Shown: piece by piece, positions 24,791 through 38,212 of the stretch
Position numbering within the stretch: position 1 is the first letter of the stretch
Layout: each line of letters starts with the position of its first letter
DNA from: Pristiophorus japonicus
Taxonomy: Eukaryota
Direction of reading: 5' to 3'
Assembly (NCBI RefSeq): GCF_044704955.1
Contig: NC_091988.1
Span: 145,576,001 to 145,640,000 of the forward strand
DNA: 64,000 bases
Position numbers and translations under genes: made by a program
The notes under the pieces: model-generated
Told to the model about the DNA's origin: nothing
Seen by the model: the letters and a program-made list of their open reading frames with translations, nothing else
Databases searched by the model: none

Positions 24791-26899
24791 CAGAGAGCCA
24801 ATTCCCCCCCCCCCCCCCACATCCCTTTCTCTCCCCCCACCTTTTATCTCCCCTCCCATATGAGCACAAAGGAGGCATTGTGTCGGAATGCAGGTGTCAC
24901 CATGTATTTTAGCTTATCATTATGCATTGGGCATGCCCCAGGTTTATGTGTCAGCCTTCAATAGTGTAGGCCTACTGAGCAAAGGAAATTCAAATGCTTT
25001 GCAGGTCTTAAAAGCCTGCAGCAACTCGAGGCAGTGAAGTCTGCTCTAGGTGGGAGGAAGTTATGTGCTTGCTATCTTCCTTCTGGGCCTGACATCTCTT
25101 GACCCTTCCATGGCTTTGCTTTTATTTTTTGACATTGTTGACTCTGCACAACCTCCTAGAACATCTTCTCTATTATTATTTTGGGTGTTTGCAGATAATT
25201 TCTGGTAAGCACAAGCATAGAAACAGGGCCTCTTGTTTTAATGAGGAGATTCCTTGATTTGATTCTTCAATAAGTGGAGGAAAGAGTGTAGGAGTTTTTA
25301 AACTCTCTTTACTTCTTTTAGGGTACCAAGGGGTAAGGATCAATCAAGGATGAAAACCTTTCTAAATAATTGGTTTCATTTACATTTAACAGCAACAGTT
25401 TTACAGATAGAGATGCTTACAACCTTAGTAGTACAACTCGAAACTCCAAATGATCAATTCTTCTACTTCGGGAGACAGAGTGGTTTATTCCCTGTTGACA
25501 TCCTTCTTTGTTTCTGCTTATGGTCTGTGTCTTTGAACATACTAAAATGGCTGTTTTTATATCACTCACTCTTGCTCATGCAAAACAGTTTGCTAATGTG
25601 TATGTCCGTATTCCAGAATCTAGGCAGTCAGCTGTCTAATCTTTAACCATCCTTATCTCCATGAAAGTGTATCAAGTCTCGAACACAGCAGTTAGTGAGG
25701 CTTGTTCCACTAACCATATATGCTGGGATGCTACGCTTTTGTGCTCGCTGGCCTGTGATTTTCCACCCATTATAGCGAATAGGAGAAAAATTGCAGGCTG
25801 GTGAGTAGAGAAGTAGAAAATCTTAGCCATAAGATGAGTTACTGATCTGAGGAGAGACTGTGACTGATGGTGTGCAGCAACAGTTGGCTGATCTTCACAA
25901 GTGTTATGTAAGCAACACTATGTAACCAGCATTCTACTGCCACCAGAAGGTGCAATTGTTGGCGTCCCAAGGAATCCCAACATCCCTTGCTGTGCTGGCA
26001 CTCTGGAGTTAGAATAAAGAAACTAGGGTCACACTTATGCACGTCTACAGTACTCAATCACATTGCTTTATTTGAGACACAACAACACATCAACAAGGAG
26101 ATGACTGAAGACTAAAAAGAAATGTATAAGCTATGAGAAAACAGGCTTCCATTAATGGGAAAAAGGAATTAATTTGTGCTGTCGGCTTGTTACATGAGTG
26201 GGTCCTCAAGGAAGGTAGGTCCAAGGAATTTTGGTAAAAATCAAGAGAGTAATAGAATCTGTGACAAACCTTGGATTGTTTCTGAGCTAAGATGAAAGAA
26301 TGCACCTGTAATATTTATTACATTTTTGTACAAAAAATACAATTATCCAGTAATTGCAATTGAATTATTGAAGAATTAAAATTATGCTATTTTTAATTGT
26401 CAGGAGTAAACTATATTGCTCCAAAGGTGACATTGGCTGACCCCCACGTGACGTAGAGGTGTAGCAAGTGGAATCCGCAGCATAAGACTGAAGATCAAGG
26501 CCATTGACATTAATAGTCCTGGAGCCAAAATAAAGTTAAGTATAAAGTTGTAGCATCCACCTTACCTGGAAAAAAGGGTTGAAATTCGTATATGATAAAA
26601 ATATGTTCTTTAAGTTTTGTTCTAATTTGTGGTATACATCAAAAGTCCATTTTCTATAAAGGGGTGCTACGATTTCATTTATTTCGCCACTTTTCACAAA
26701 TTGACCTCGAGATTATTAGTTGTACAATTTATGCGGCCCAGACTGCGTTTTACTGGAAAGGTCCAAACATTTTACGAAAACATTGTCCAATGTCTTTGCC
26801 TCGGTTAAAAACGATGGAGAACGTGGTCACGGGCTTAATACTTTAAATGTGTGTGTATATTATATATATTTGACTAAAAGAAAACTCGAAAGTTCTCTT

Positions 26900-27121
26900 G
26901 CAAGTTTAGGTTGAGTAAATACTGCACCGGAAGTATTTGCGCCTCAAGCGGCTGCAGTGGTTGGATAAAGCAGTCGTGGCCCTCAGATATATTGGAGGCG
27001 GTACTGCCTCCTTTCGGCTGGCTAATTGTCATTGTACAGTATTGTTTCTTCACCTCTGTATTCAGGGTCCCGCCTCCACTTGACGTTAGCCATTTGCGGA
27101 AACGGACAGATAAGAGCAGAA
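26900..27121 (+). promoter_or_regulatory. RNF114: RNF114 proximal promoter / 5' UTR
   Basis: CpG-enriched. ETS motif CCGGAAGT (~26927), GC-box-like CCCGCCTCC (~27069) and TGACGT (27081) just upstream of the ATG, which sits in a Kozak context (gaaATGg). Confidence 0.6.
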
Positions 27122-27246
27122 ATGGCGATGAACTGCAAAGAGGACGCGTCACGTCGTAAAGATACAAGGGATGACAAAGAAGCTTTAACTTGCCCTGTTT
27201 GCTTAGAAATTTATGAAAATCCCATGAGAGTCGAATGTAACCATAC
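27122..27246 (+). CDS. RNF114: RING finger protein 114 (E3 ubiquitin ligase), exon 1
   Basis: MAMNCKEDASRRKDTRDDKEALTCPVCLEIYENPMRVECNH(T). Donor AC|gtaaga, phase 2. Confidence 0.92.
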
Positions 27247-28339
27247 GTAAGAACCAATTTTGCTGTGACTTCGTTTATTTTTTTTCACAACGTCAGAATG
27301 CGTAGCCAAAGTTTATGTTTTTTTTAATCATCGAATTATATCTGTCTTTTATTATACGGCAGAACTCAAATTGCAAAACGTCTGTTTTATTTTGTTCAAC
27401 GGAGATGTTTCAAACGAGCTGACATATTGAGGCGGCCGTCGTGAGTGCGCATAATACTCTCGGTTTCGCTTCTCTGATATACTGGGCTTGCGAAGGATTT
27501 GGGGAACTGTAGTGTTTTGCTTTCTACTCTGTAATTCATAACATATAATGCAATTACTGGAATGATAACTGCGCTGCAACCGGATTAAACATTGCAGATG
27601 AAAGTTATAACTATAATTAAGTGTATTGTAGTCTGGACATAAAAAAGGAACTAATGTTTTACTGTACTCTTAAAAGGTCTGTACAATTTACTTAATCTGC
27701 CTGAAAGCTCGTGACTAACACTTCAATGAATTACTATATTTTACAAGTGTATGGGTGAACTTCTATAACCAAGAAAATTACATTATGATTCATTTTTCAA
27801 CAGCCACTGCTCATTCTCCTTAACTCCTTGTAAGGAGATGTGCAAAACTGGCCTTGATTGACTCACCCTTGGGTGCTTTATTCCCCTTTGCAACTCTGCC
27901 TTGGGCTGTTTTTATGTCACAGGTTATGTTTATTGTTCTTCAACTATTGCATCACAAGCAGATCAACCTCAGCGAATGATTACATCAACATGAACCTGAT
28001 CTTTCTAGGGCTAGTAAATGTTTGTGCTGCCATAATATTGTGTCATAACACATCAGGGAACAATGTTGGGATACCCATACTTTGTATATGTACAGCAGCC
28101 AAACTACCAGGCTATCCTGCAAATTTATTTTCACATTACTTGAGTGTTCCCTCTCTCCTTACCTACTCATCATTCACTCAATGTATCTCCCTTCTCTCTG
28201 ATGCAATGTTCTTCTCTCTTTCTCTCTTTCTCCCTCCCCTGCACCTGCCTTCTCTCTCCTCTGCACTCCCCGCTTCTGCTCTCTCTCTCTCTCTCTCTCT
28301 CTTTTTCTCTCTCTCCCACCAGCCTCCAACCAAAAAATC

Positions 28340-28975
28340 TTATCGGAAAGTACCTGTTGGTCCCGGAGGAACGAACACTTTGGCTCCAAGGTTCTAGATA
28401 TGCATCCTGGATGGGCCTCTGGTGATCCAGCCCCATGCAATCACAATGTAATATTCTCATTGATAATGCTGAGCTCCCATTACTATCAATGAGAATACTC
28501 CCAAAAATATAGGAACACAACGTAATAAGTTTTTTTTTAAAAACACCTCACATATTTAAAAATAATTGAAATTAAATTAAATGTTTTAGGGGAAAACATT
28601 TTTTGAAATGTATTAATAGGGTTAAAAATAAACTCTCCTTAATGGACAAGGTTTTAATATAAAAATTAGTGATAAAATTTAATTTTTCTATCTCTTAAAA
28701 CTCTTAGGCTGGTAAAAGCAGGCCTTGCGCTTGCTCTTACCAGGTGTAAGAGTTTTAAGGACATTCGCTGGGCATGTTAGGCAAATAGCTTAAATCTCCG
28801 TCCACGGAAGCCCTATACTTGCGTATGCGTTGGATCTGTCACAAGACATTTCGACCGTTTGCAAGTGCTGGATTTCGGCGTATGCGCTTTGCACCTAAAC
28901 CCAAAAATTGCAGGGTCTCTTCGGGCGCATGCGCACATCGTACATATCCAGAGAAGCCGCAATTTACGGCACAGT
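28340..28975 (-). mobile_element. MITE related to 52100-52781
   Basis: Shares internal palindromes and subterminal blocks with the reverse complement of 52100-52781. Confidence 0.6.
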
Positions 28976-29482
28976 AACTTGCATTTATGAAGAACTCATT
29001 ACACATAGGGAGATCTCTTGAGTCTTTTACTGGGCAGAGGATAGTAAGAGGACATCCAGAGTACCACAAAAAAATTTTCACCACAGTCTTGCCTTTTCAA
29101 GGGAACTCTTCTGTGCTTCAGCTGTGCTGTTGACATCCAGCAGGGGCAAGTTCATTTGCAGTTCGAGCCACTGTTGAACAGATTTGTGACTCCCAAATAC
29201 AAGTATCTCCCTTATATCTTGCCGTTATGGAACAAACCGTGCAATCCACTGTCCCTTTTTTAAATTGCTGATTTTTTAACGTGAAAATAATTTAAGATTT
29301 TTGCAACACTAGTATCTTTTTAACCATAGTCATTTTACAATATAATGCTACTAAAATATTGATTTTTAACTGCTATAATTTTTTTAAAAAAAAAATTTTT
29401 TTTAGTCACAATGTTAAAGAACTGCTTCTGACCTTGCATCAGCTATTTGAGTTCAATAATTTCTAAACTTGTTTTTTATTAG

Positions 29483-29633
29483 ATTTTGCAACAATTGCCT
29501 GTTCGCGTTACAGAAGCCAAAAAAGCCAATTTGTGCAGTGTGTCGCTCTCCCCTGAAAGGTGCAACTAGAGCTTTTGAAATTGAGAGGAAACTAGAAGTA
29601 ACTTCTACAAACTGCAGTGGTTGTGGAGCTCAG
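29483..29633 (+). CDS. RNF114: RNF114 exon 2 (end of RING domain, start of C2HC finger)
   Basis: Acceptor ttattag|. FCNNCLFALQKPKKPICAVCRSPL...TSTNCSGCGAQ. Donor |gtcagt. 151 bp, frame continuous. Confidence 0.95.
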
Positions 29634-30690
29634 GTCAGTAGTACCTGCTGGGGGTGGTAAAGAGAAATGTTGGATGACTTGACTCCTCTCTTGTTCACTT
29701 CACTAACTGCATCCAATCTTTTTGAACTGAAGTTACATTCCAGTAAAGTACAGGGCCGTTTTCTTCTACTTTGAGCCCAGAGTACGCTTATTACCTCGGC
29801 TCAAAGTTCAAACAAAAGATTGCTCATTTTCTACAGGGGTACCTGCAGAAAATGGGCCTTATTGCTTGTGCTCAAACCCCTCAGACTAGAGTATCTGAGG
29901 GGGGCTGGGAGCGAAGTCCTGGAGTCAGTAAAAGGTAGGTGCCTTTCTAACAGGGCCAACGGCCTTCTAGTTGCTATTTTTGGACAAAACCAGAACCTCG
30001 GGCCAATGCAGAAGACTGAATGCAGAAATACAGGTAGGTTTACGTCAGGTGAAGAACACCTCAGCTGTACTCTGTATGATTGGCCCCATGTTGTCGATGT
30101 TTGAAGCTATTTTAAATTATCAATGCACACTTCTGTTTTTATGTTCATTTTTGTAAACTATTGGGAAATATAAATGCCCATGACCAAGATGTCATTCATA
30201 TGTTATTTTACTATAACGGTAACGGTATATTAGGGTACACACTAATGTAAAACAAAAAAATAACTTATTTAAGGCAACTGTGCCCACGATTTTCCAGCCA
30301 AACGGCAAATGTTACCTGATGTCCTTGGTCACTGATCTGGCATTCAGTCCCATTCGAGCAAGTAGCAGACCACTCTCGTGAAATGAGGGGTCTTGTTTTA
30401 AAATATTTTGAGTGATTAGAATTTGCAATTATATAGCGCCTTGCACATCCTCAGGATGTCCCAAAGTGCATTACAGCCACTGTGGTGATGGAACCAGTAA
30501 TAAATGTTCTTATTTACTGTAAATCTGAAAATGCAAAAAGGTTATATGCAGCAGGATATGTCAGCCTGAGGATAATATGTTTCATGTTTTGTATCTGACT
30601 TGAAGCTGTTGCTGAGAGCATGCGACTATGTACTGCATTTTGTTTTGCCTTTAGTAACTACTGTAACTTTTTCAAATTGTTTTAATCCAG

Positions 30691-30797
30691 GTTTATATGA
30701 AAAAGTTGCGTTCCCATAATGCAACATGTGCAAAATACCAGGAGTTTATTTCTGAAGGTGTGAAAGCGTCCATGAAGAATCAGCATCCCAGCCTTAG
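30691..30797 (+). CDS. RNF114: RNF114 exon 3
   Basis: Acceptor ccag|. VYMKKLRSHNATCAKYQEFISEGVKASMKNQHPSL. Donor AG|gtgact. 107 bp. Confidence 0.93.
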
Positions 30798-32638
30798 GTG
30801 ACTATATTTAAGTATTATGGATTCCTCATAATCGTAAGTCACAGCTACTGAACTGTATTCTTTTTTTTTCCAGATATGATCCTTTGGTGGAAACTTGAGC
30901 ATGTGAAATGCAATGCTTTTTAGACTGTCTTTTGTTGTTTGGATGTTGGGCAGATGTTCTTTCATTGGTCGAAGGTGCCTGCTATGCCTCCTAGAGTTAT
31001 AGAGCAGTTATTTAGTACGAGTCATGAAAGCATTTTAAGGCCTCGACTCAAAAGTAAAACAACTATAAACTGGACAGCAGTTGTTGTCATTGATCCTGTA
31101 AAACACTCCCACCTCTAACATGTTTCAAATTCTCATTGAATCTAATAAATTTCCCATGGCATTGCTTACAGGTAAGTATGGAGTATGTATGGTGTTACAC
31201 ATTACCTGTACTGAATGGATGTTGCCCCTTTGTGTCTATTGAGGTCTTGCAGTTTATTAAGGGCTGCAATAGTTGAGGTGGGACTCGGAGCAGGCTTTGG
31301 GCCAGTGAACTTGAGATCAGACTGATTCAACTGTGAGTAGAAATTTATAGCACAGGAGGAGGCCATTCAGCTCATAGTTTAATAGATTGATTCAATCTTC
31401 TACTAAGCTATCTACTATAATCCCATGTCCTTGCTATTTCCCAATATGCTTTTATATTTACTTGTACAATTCAATTTTAAATTTCATTGCCTGTATAGCC
31501 ATTTGTGGTAAAACTGTCCATGTTCTAATAACCCTTTGAGATTTCCAAGTCCATCGTGTTTACATTCCTGTTACATTTATAATTGCCTGTGCCACCTATA
31601 GGTGGAGCTGCAATAGGGTTTCCTGATTTAGAGCTCTCAATTTCATGTTTTTTCATTCACTAAAGTCTGTGGTGTAGTTCTTAACTTTGTGCGATAATGC
31701 GAAATGAATGATAGTCGGCGACCCGTTTTACATCTCTCCCAATTTTTATCCCCAGGGATTCACTATCCCCCATTTTATACTATCGCACTAAATCAAGATT
31801 GTCCACTGTAACTCTGCCCATTAAAAAGCTTTGTGTGAGTCTGTTCTATGCTTTGACCACCGGGTGCTGCTGTGGAGCAAAGATTTCTGAACTATTTCTT
31901 CACTTCTGATGCTATCTTTATTTTAAAACTGCTCAGGCAGTAAAATTTGAATCCTATTCTTTATTTAAATTCTTAAAAATGTTTTCAGGTTTAATTTAAA
32001 TGCTCCTTTCTCTCTTTCTCTCCCCACCCCCCCCCCCCCCTCCAACTCTAGGATCGATGAGGATCCTTCTTTGCCTCTTCTTCTAGTCTCTTAAACATGA
32101 CTGCTGAACTTTCTGCTCCTCCTTGGTCTCCATTTTTCTATGCAACCGCTGGTTACCCTCACCTTCTCCTTTTGCCCCATTCACTCCTGTGCCCCACTCT
32201 GCCTACCCTACCCTACCCTCACACTGTCTCCTTATTGCTTCTCTAGGCTCCAGCCCCAAATTATTCCTGCCCTCTAACCCTACTTGAGTTTGAGAGTCTG
32301 CTTAGTCTTGACTCCCATGTGCATTGCCATAGGAAGTTTGGTCATCCTCTGAAGTGCATACAGGCCCTGAGGTCTGCTAATGGGAATAATCTTAACTAGG
32401 GTTGGGCTTGTTGATTTAGCCTTGGGAGCAAAAACATTGGAATGAATCGAAGGTGGGATGAGGAAGTATTATGGTAAGTTGGAAGGCAAAGAGTTTTGTG
32501 AATTCATTGATTTTTTTTTTTTAATGCCAATTTTGTAATTAGTTTTAGGAACCTATAGTGGGGTAGTGCAAGTAGTATTGTTAGTTAATGGCACAGAATC
32601 ATTTTTAAATGGAATTTGATTGGATTGAATTAGAGATG

Positions 32639-34386
32639 ACACATAGAAAATAGGTGCAGGAGTGGGCCATTCGGCCCTTCGAGCCTGCACCATCATTCAG
32701 TATGATCATGCAACTTCAGTACCCCATTTCTGCTTTCTCTCCAGACCCCTTGATCCCTTTTAGCTGTAAGGGCCACATCTAACTCCCTCTTGAATATATC
32801 TAACGAACTGGCCTCAACAACTTTCTGTGGTAGAGAATTCCACAGGTTCACAACTCTCTCCGTGAAGAAGTTTCTCCTCACCTCGGTCCTAAATGGCTTG
32901 CCCCTTATCCTTAGACTGGCTTTCCCAACATTGGGAGCATTCTTCCTGCATCTAACCTGTCCAATCCTGTCAGAATTTTATATGTTTCTATGAGATCCCC
33001 TCTCATTCTTTTAAATTCCAGTGAATGTAAGCCTAGTCGATCCAGTCTTTCTTCATATGTCAGTCCTGCCATCCCGGGAAGCAATCTGGTGAACCTTTGC
33101 TGCACTCCCTCAATAGCAAGAATGTCCTTCTGCAGATTAGGAGACCAAAACTGTACACAATATTTACGGTGTGGCCTCACCAAGGCCCTGTACAACTGCA
33201 GTAAGACTTCCCTGCTCCTATACTCAAATCCTCGCTATGAAGGCCAGCATGCCATTTGCCGCCATCACTGCCTGCTGTACCTGCATGCCAGCTTTCAATG
33301 ACTGACGTACCATGACATCCAGGTCTCGTTGCACCTCCCCTTTTCCTAATCTGTCACCATTCAGATAATATTCCGCCTTCCTGTTTTTGCCACCAAAGGG
33401 GATAACCTCACATTTATCTACATTTATATTGCATTTGCCCACTTACCTAACCTGTCCAAGTCACCCTGCAGCCTCTTAGCATCCTCCTCACAGCTCACAC
33501 TGCCACCCAGCTTAGTGTCATCTGCAAACTTAGAGATATTACATTCAATTCCTTCGTCTAAATCATTAATGTATATTGTAAATAGCTGTTGTCCCAGCAC
33601 TGAACCTTGCGGTACCCCACTAATCACCGCCTGCCATTCTGAAAAGGACCCGTTTATTCCAACTCTTTGCTTCCTATCTGCCAACCAGTTCTCTATCCAC
33701 GTCAATACATTACCCCCAATACCATGTGCTTTAATTTTGCACACTAATCTCTTGTGTGGGACCTTGTCAAAAGCCTTTTGAAAGTCCAAATACACCATAT
33801 CCACTGGTTCTCCCTTGTCCACTCTACTAGTTACATCCTTAAAAGATTCTAAATGATTTGTCAAGCATGATTTCCCTTTCAAAAATCCATGCTGACTTGG
33901 ACCGATCCTGTCACTGCTTTCCAAATACGCTGCTATTACATCTTTAATAATTGATTCCAGCATTTTCCCCACCACCAATGTCAGGCTAACTGGTCTATAA
34001 TTCCCTGTTTTCTCTCTCCCTCCTTTTTATTTAAAAAGTGGGGTTACATTAGCTACCCTCCAATCCATAGGAACTTATCCAGAGTCTACAGAATGTTGGA
34101 AAATGACCACCAATGCATCCACTATTTCTAGGGCCATTTCCTTAAGTACTCTGGGATGCAGACTATCAGGCCTTGGGGATTTATGGGCTTTCAATCCCAC
34201 CAATTTCCCTAACACAATTTCCTGACTAATAAGGATTTTCTTCAGTTCCTTCTTCTCGCTAGGCCCTCAGTCCCCTATTATTTCCAGAAGGTTATTTGTG
34301 TCTTTATTAGTGAAGACAGAACCAAAGTATTTGTTCAATTGGTCTGCCATTTCTTTGTTCCCCATTATAAATGCACTTGATTCTGA
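32639..34386 (-). mobile_element. CR1 LINE, 5'-truncated, in RNF114 intron 3
   Basis: RT ORFs 33424-33978, 33224-33442, 32911-33195 and 32693-32881, plus the CR1 tail. Confidence 0.93.
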
Positions 34387-34962
34387 TCTACACTGCAGAA
34401 ATGATTCCAGAATCTAGTTGAATGCATAGTATGCTCTGGGAATTGATTGATTTGAAATTTAGGAATATGATTAAAATGACGGAAGAAATTCTACAAAACA
34501 TACACACTATTTTTATATAACCATAATATGTGCCTAGCTGATTTCTTTCCAACTTTCATGAAAGACCTACCTCATGCTGTGGTATGCTTCTGGGCCCCTA
34601 ATATGAGCCTAAACTAGTTTGACAAGGTTATTTGTCTGAAGCTTGGACAGAAAGGAATTAAAGCCCAATCAGTCCTTTTTTTTTAATATAACATCAATGT
34701 GTGTTAAGAGCAGTTAAGAGTAATGCTGGCTGATTACACCCCTCCATCCCACACGCCACCCCCCCCCCCCCACCCAGTTAAGGCTGCGCCAGTTAAGATC
34801 AACTAATTCTGGACAGACCGCAAGTCAAACCTATGCCCTTCTGCTGCTGAAGCTTTCTTTTTCAAGTGCTTTCCTGTAACTTAATGCAGCTTTCAATTAT
34901 AGAAAGTGTAAAAGAAGACAAACTCCAGAGTATTACGTTGTGCCTCCCTTTGTGTTTTTCAG

Positions 34963-35077
34963 CAGCGTACCCAATCGCTTTACTTTTACCTGTCCGTTCT
35001 GCAGTGCAAAAAACTTGGACCAAGATAGCCTGGTTGAGCATTGTATTACAAGCCATACAGGAGAATATGGAAAAATG
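34963..35077 (+). CDS. RNF114: RNF114 exon 4 (C2H2/Di19-type finger)
   Basis: Acceptor ttttcag|. SVPNRFTFTCPFCSAKNLDQDSLVEHCITSHTGEYGKM. Donor |gtaaga. 115 bp. Confidence 0.95.
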
Positions 35078-36684
35078 GTAAGATTTTTTTTTAAAAACAC
35101 TTGCATAGAGCAACTTAAATTCTTTAATGGTATCAGTACTCCCCGCTCCTGAAGGCACCAATTTATTCTAGGATATGGTTTAATTAATCCTTCATTACCA
35201 TGCCCAAATCATTCCTTATGTGAGTGTTGGCAAACTATTATTGTGGAGGCATTGCAACTAATCCAGTCCTGTCCTTACACCCTCTCCAGCTGTCACTAGA
35301 CAGTTATAAAGATGGGAGCGGCCTAGCCGTTTATTGTTTGTTTCACCCACTTTTTTAGCAAGGGAGTGCTGAGGCCAGCTGTAGTATTCCTAGCACTTCC
35401 CCAGCTGAGACTGCACAGACCAAAGTTCAAACATGGGATCATCCTGGTCTTGTGGTAAGGTATCGTTCCTGGCCATGTATTTTCCCTCTAAGCCATTAGG
35501 GTATGATAACCTACAGTTGTAAGAGTTTTTACTTAATAATCAGTTGTGGGTTCCAGCTGTCAAAAGAAACTAAAATTGAAGTAAAATTTTAATAGATGTA
35601 CTGACGTCCAAATCTCGGGGCAGTTTTTAGGTTTTCTTTTGCATATCAAGTTAAAGGAGATCAACCATTCGTTTCACCCTTATTTTGAAATATATTTTAT
35701 TATTAAACAGAATAAACTGTTCATGACATGCCCGAGCTTCTAAAAGCTCACGGTAACCTCCAAATCCGCACCCAAAGTGCCTTCAGCACTTGGCCGAATC
35801 CTCACACTTTCTTTGCATGCTGTGGAGAAGAGTAAGCTATCCAACTAAACGTCAAGTGAAGTTTGAGTGAATCCCAAGATTATGGCCCTGAATTTTCTGA
35901 TGGGAGAACCCACCCCCCCTGTTGAGCCAGGTCTCTGCCTCTTCCAGGAGTTTCATCAGTCTGCCATTTGCAATGCAAATGACTGGCAGGATGTGGAGCT
36001 GTAGCGGAGAGTCCTTGAACCAGAAGTTCTCGTTCCTGCGCTTCAGTCAATATCCTGTGTTAAAGTGGCAGTGGGTTTGCTGAATGAGTGGAGATGTACC
36101 GGGCTCCACAAGGCTATATGTGGCCATCACACAATGTAGTTTCTATTAAGCTGAGCAGATTGACCACCCCGTCCCCACTTAGAGGAATGTTGCTGGGGTT
36201 GGGGAGTGGCTGGCACCCTAGCAACTTAACAAAACCAGAATTTCCATGGGCATGGGATAGGTAGATGGCAGAGATTCATCTCGGCTGGGTCCATTTTAAT
36301 GTGGTAGCTTCCCACTGATACACTAAACACTGGTTGGGCATAACCATCAGGTTAACATGAGGAATTTTGAGGCCTCTTGAGTGGGTGCAGTTGAGAGAGA
36401 GCTGTTTTAATTTTTGGTAGTGTGGCAAAATGTTCTTTTTTAATATTCCAGCAGGGTATTATCTACCTATATGTCACTTCTAATTTGATTGTAGATTGAT
36501 AGATTTTACTATCTTCAGTGTATTACAATGGAATTTGCTTTTGCACTAAGTGCACTTTTGTTGTGAATCATTTGAAGGATGACAGGAAGAATTAATATTT
36601 GTTTAAATACTGTTCACATTAGTTTTATACAGTTCATGTCTCATTCGTGGTTTCAAATTACTTTTGCATTCCATTTCTTACTAG

Positions 36685-36792
36685 GTTTGCCCAATTTGTT
36701 CCTCCATGCCATGGGGTGACCCAAACTTCAAAAGTGCAGACTTGATACAACATTTGAAAATTCGTCATAAGTTTTCATACGATACTTTTGTG
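36685..36792 (+). CDS. RNF114: RNF114 exon 5
   Basis: Acceptor ctag|. [36 protein letters not shown]. Donor |gtatgt. 108 bp. Confidence 0.96.
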
Positions 36793-37244
36793 GTATGTAC
36801 TTTTCAGTTTCAGGAAACTTAAATGTAAACAAAAATTCCCACTTGCACTGGGATTGTACCTGCGAGATCTTCAGCCTTTATCCCCAATGGACTGTCCAGA
36901 ACAGGGAGGTCCCCTCACGACTGTTTGAATGGTACTTGTGGTGCCAAGGGCACATCTCGGAGAGGCTATAAAGTCCAACCGGAAACTGGCATGGCTGGGA
37001 GGAGGGCAGGGGAATGTTGGTTCCTTCCCTCCCCTGAAAGATTGGACGTGCACCCAATGCCCTCTTTGCATGGAGGTTGGATAAATATCAGCTACTGATA
37101 AACTGGACCCTCCTCTTCAGGAGGTCCAGGACACCAAGATGGGCCCCACATCTGCCAGGGGTGCTGCTCAACAATGCTCCACTGAGGCCAGAGATGCATG
37201 AATTCCCAAAAATAAATTTTTCCCGAATGAACGGCTTTGTTTGC

Positions 37245-37640
37245 AGCAGGTGGAGGTGGTAGGTTCAAGTCCAACTCTAGAAACTTGAGCACATAATCGA
37301 CGCTAATGCTTCTTTGCAGTAGTGAGGGAGCACTGCACTGTTAAAAGTGCCATCTTTCAGATGAAATGTTAAACCGAGACCCTGTCTGCTCCCTCGGGTG
37401 GATGTAATAGATCCAATGGCACTATTTGAAGAGGAGAGAAGTTCTGGTATTCTGGCCAATATTAATCCTTCAACCAACACCATTAAAAATTAATGATCTG
37501 GTTATCTTGTTGCTATGTGAACATTGGCTGCTGCATTCCCTACATTACAACTGTGACTACAATTCAAAAATGCATCATTGGATGTATAGCACATTGGGAC
37601 ATCCTGAGGTGAGGACAGGCACTGTATAAATGCAAGTTTG
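37245..37640 (+). mobile_element. tRNA-derived SINE, DeuSINE-like (SacSINE1/AmnSINE1-related), with L2-type tail
   Basis: B-box-like ggttcaagtcc, then gagggagcactgcactg...gtggatgtaatagatccaatggcactatttgaag...tggccaatatt. The tail also occurs as fragments at ~2450-2550, ~24070-24170 and ~30420-30480. Family assignment is from memory of the consensus. Confidence 0.65.
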
Positions 37641-38212
37641 TTCATTTGTTTGGTCTTGAGGTTCTCTAAATTGGCACACTGCTTTTCCGACTGGATGAGC
37701 AGAAATCTCCTCCAACTAAATATTGGGAAAACCGAAGACATTGTCTTTGGTCCCTGCCACAAACTCTGATCCTTCCCCACCGAAGCCAACCCTCTCCCTG
37801 GCAGCCGTTGGAGGCTGAACCAGACTGTTGGCAACCTGGGTATCATATTTGACTCCGAGCTGAGCTCCAGACCACACATCCGTGCCATCACTACGACCGC
37901 CTATTTCCATTTCCGTAACATTGCCTGATTCTGCCCCTGCCTCAGCTCATCTGGTGCTGAAACCCTGATTCATGTCTTTGTTACCTCTAGACTTAACTAT
38001 TCCAATGCAGTCCTGGCTGGCCACCCACTTTCTACCCTCCGTAAACTTGAGGTCATCCAAAATTGCTGCCCGTGTCCAAACTCAGGCTAAGTCCTGCTGA
38101 TCCATCACCCCTGTGCTTGCTGACCTGCATTGGCTCCTGGTTAAGCAATGCCTCGATTTTTAAAATTCTGATCCTTGTTTTCAAATCCCTCCATGACCTC
38201 ACCCCTCCCTAT

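Noticed and set aside
27858-28520. Long ORFs on both strands in RNF114 intron 1
   Set aside because: They arise from a low-complexity CT-rich microsatellite tract (LSLSLS / RERERE).
35160-35500. Possible ancient tRNA-SINE remnants (also ~4700-4900 and ~58440-58760)
   Set aside because: Too degraded to assign boundaries or a family by eye.
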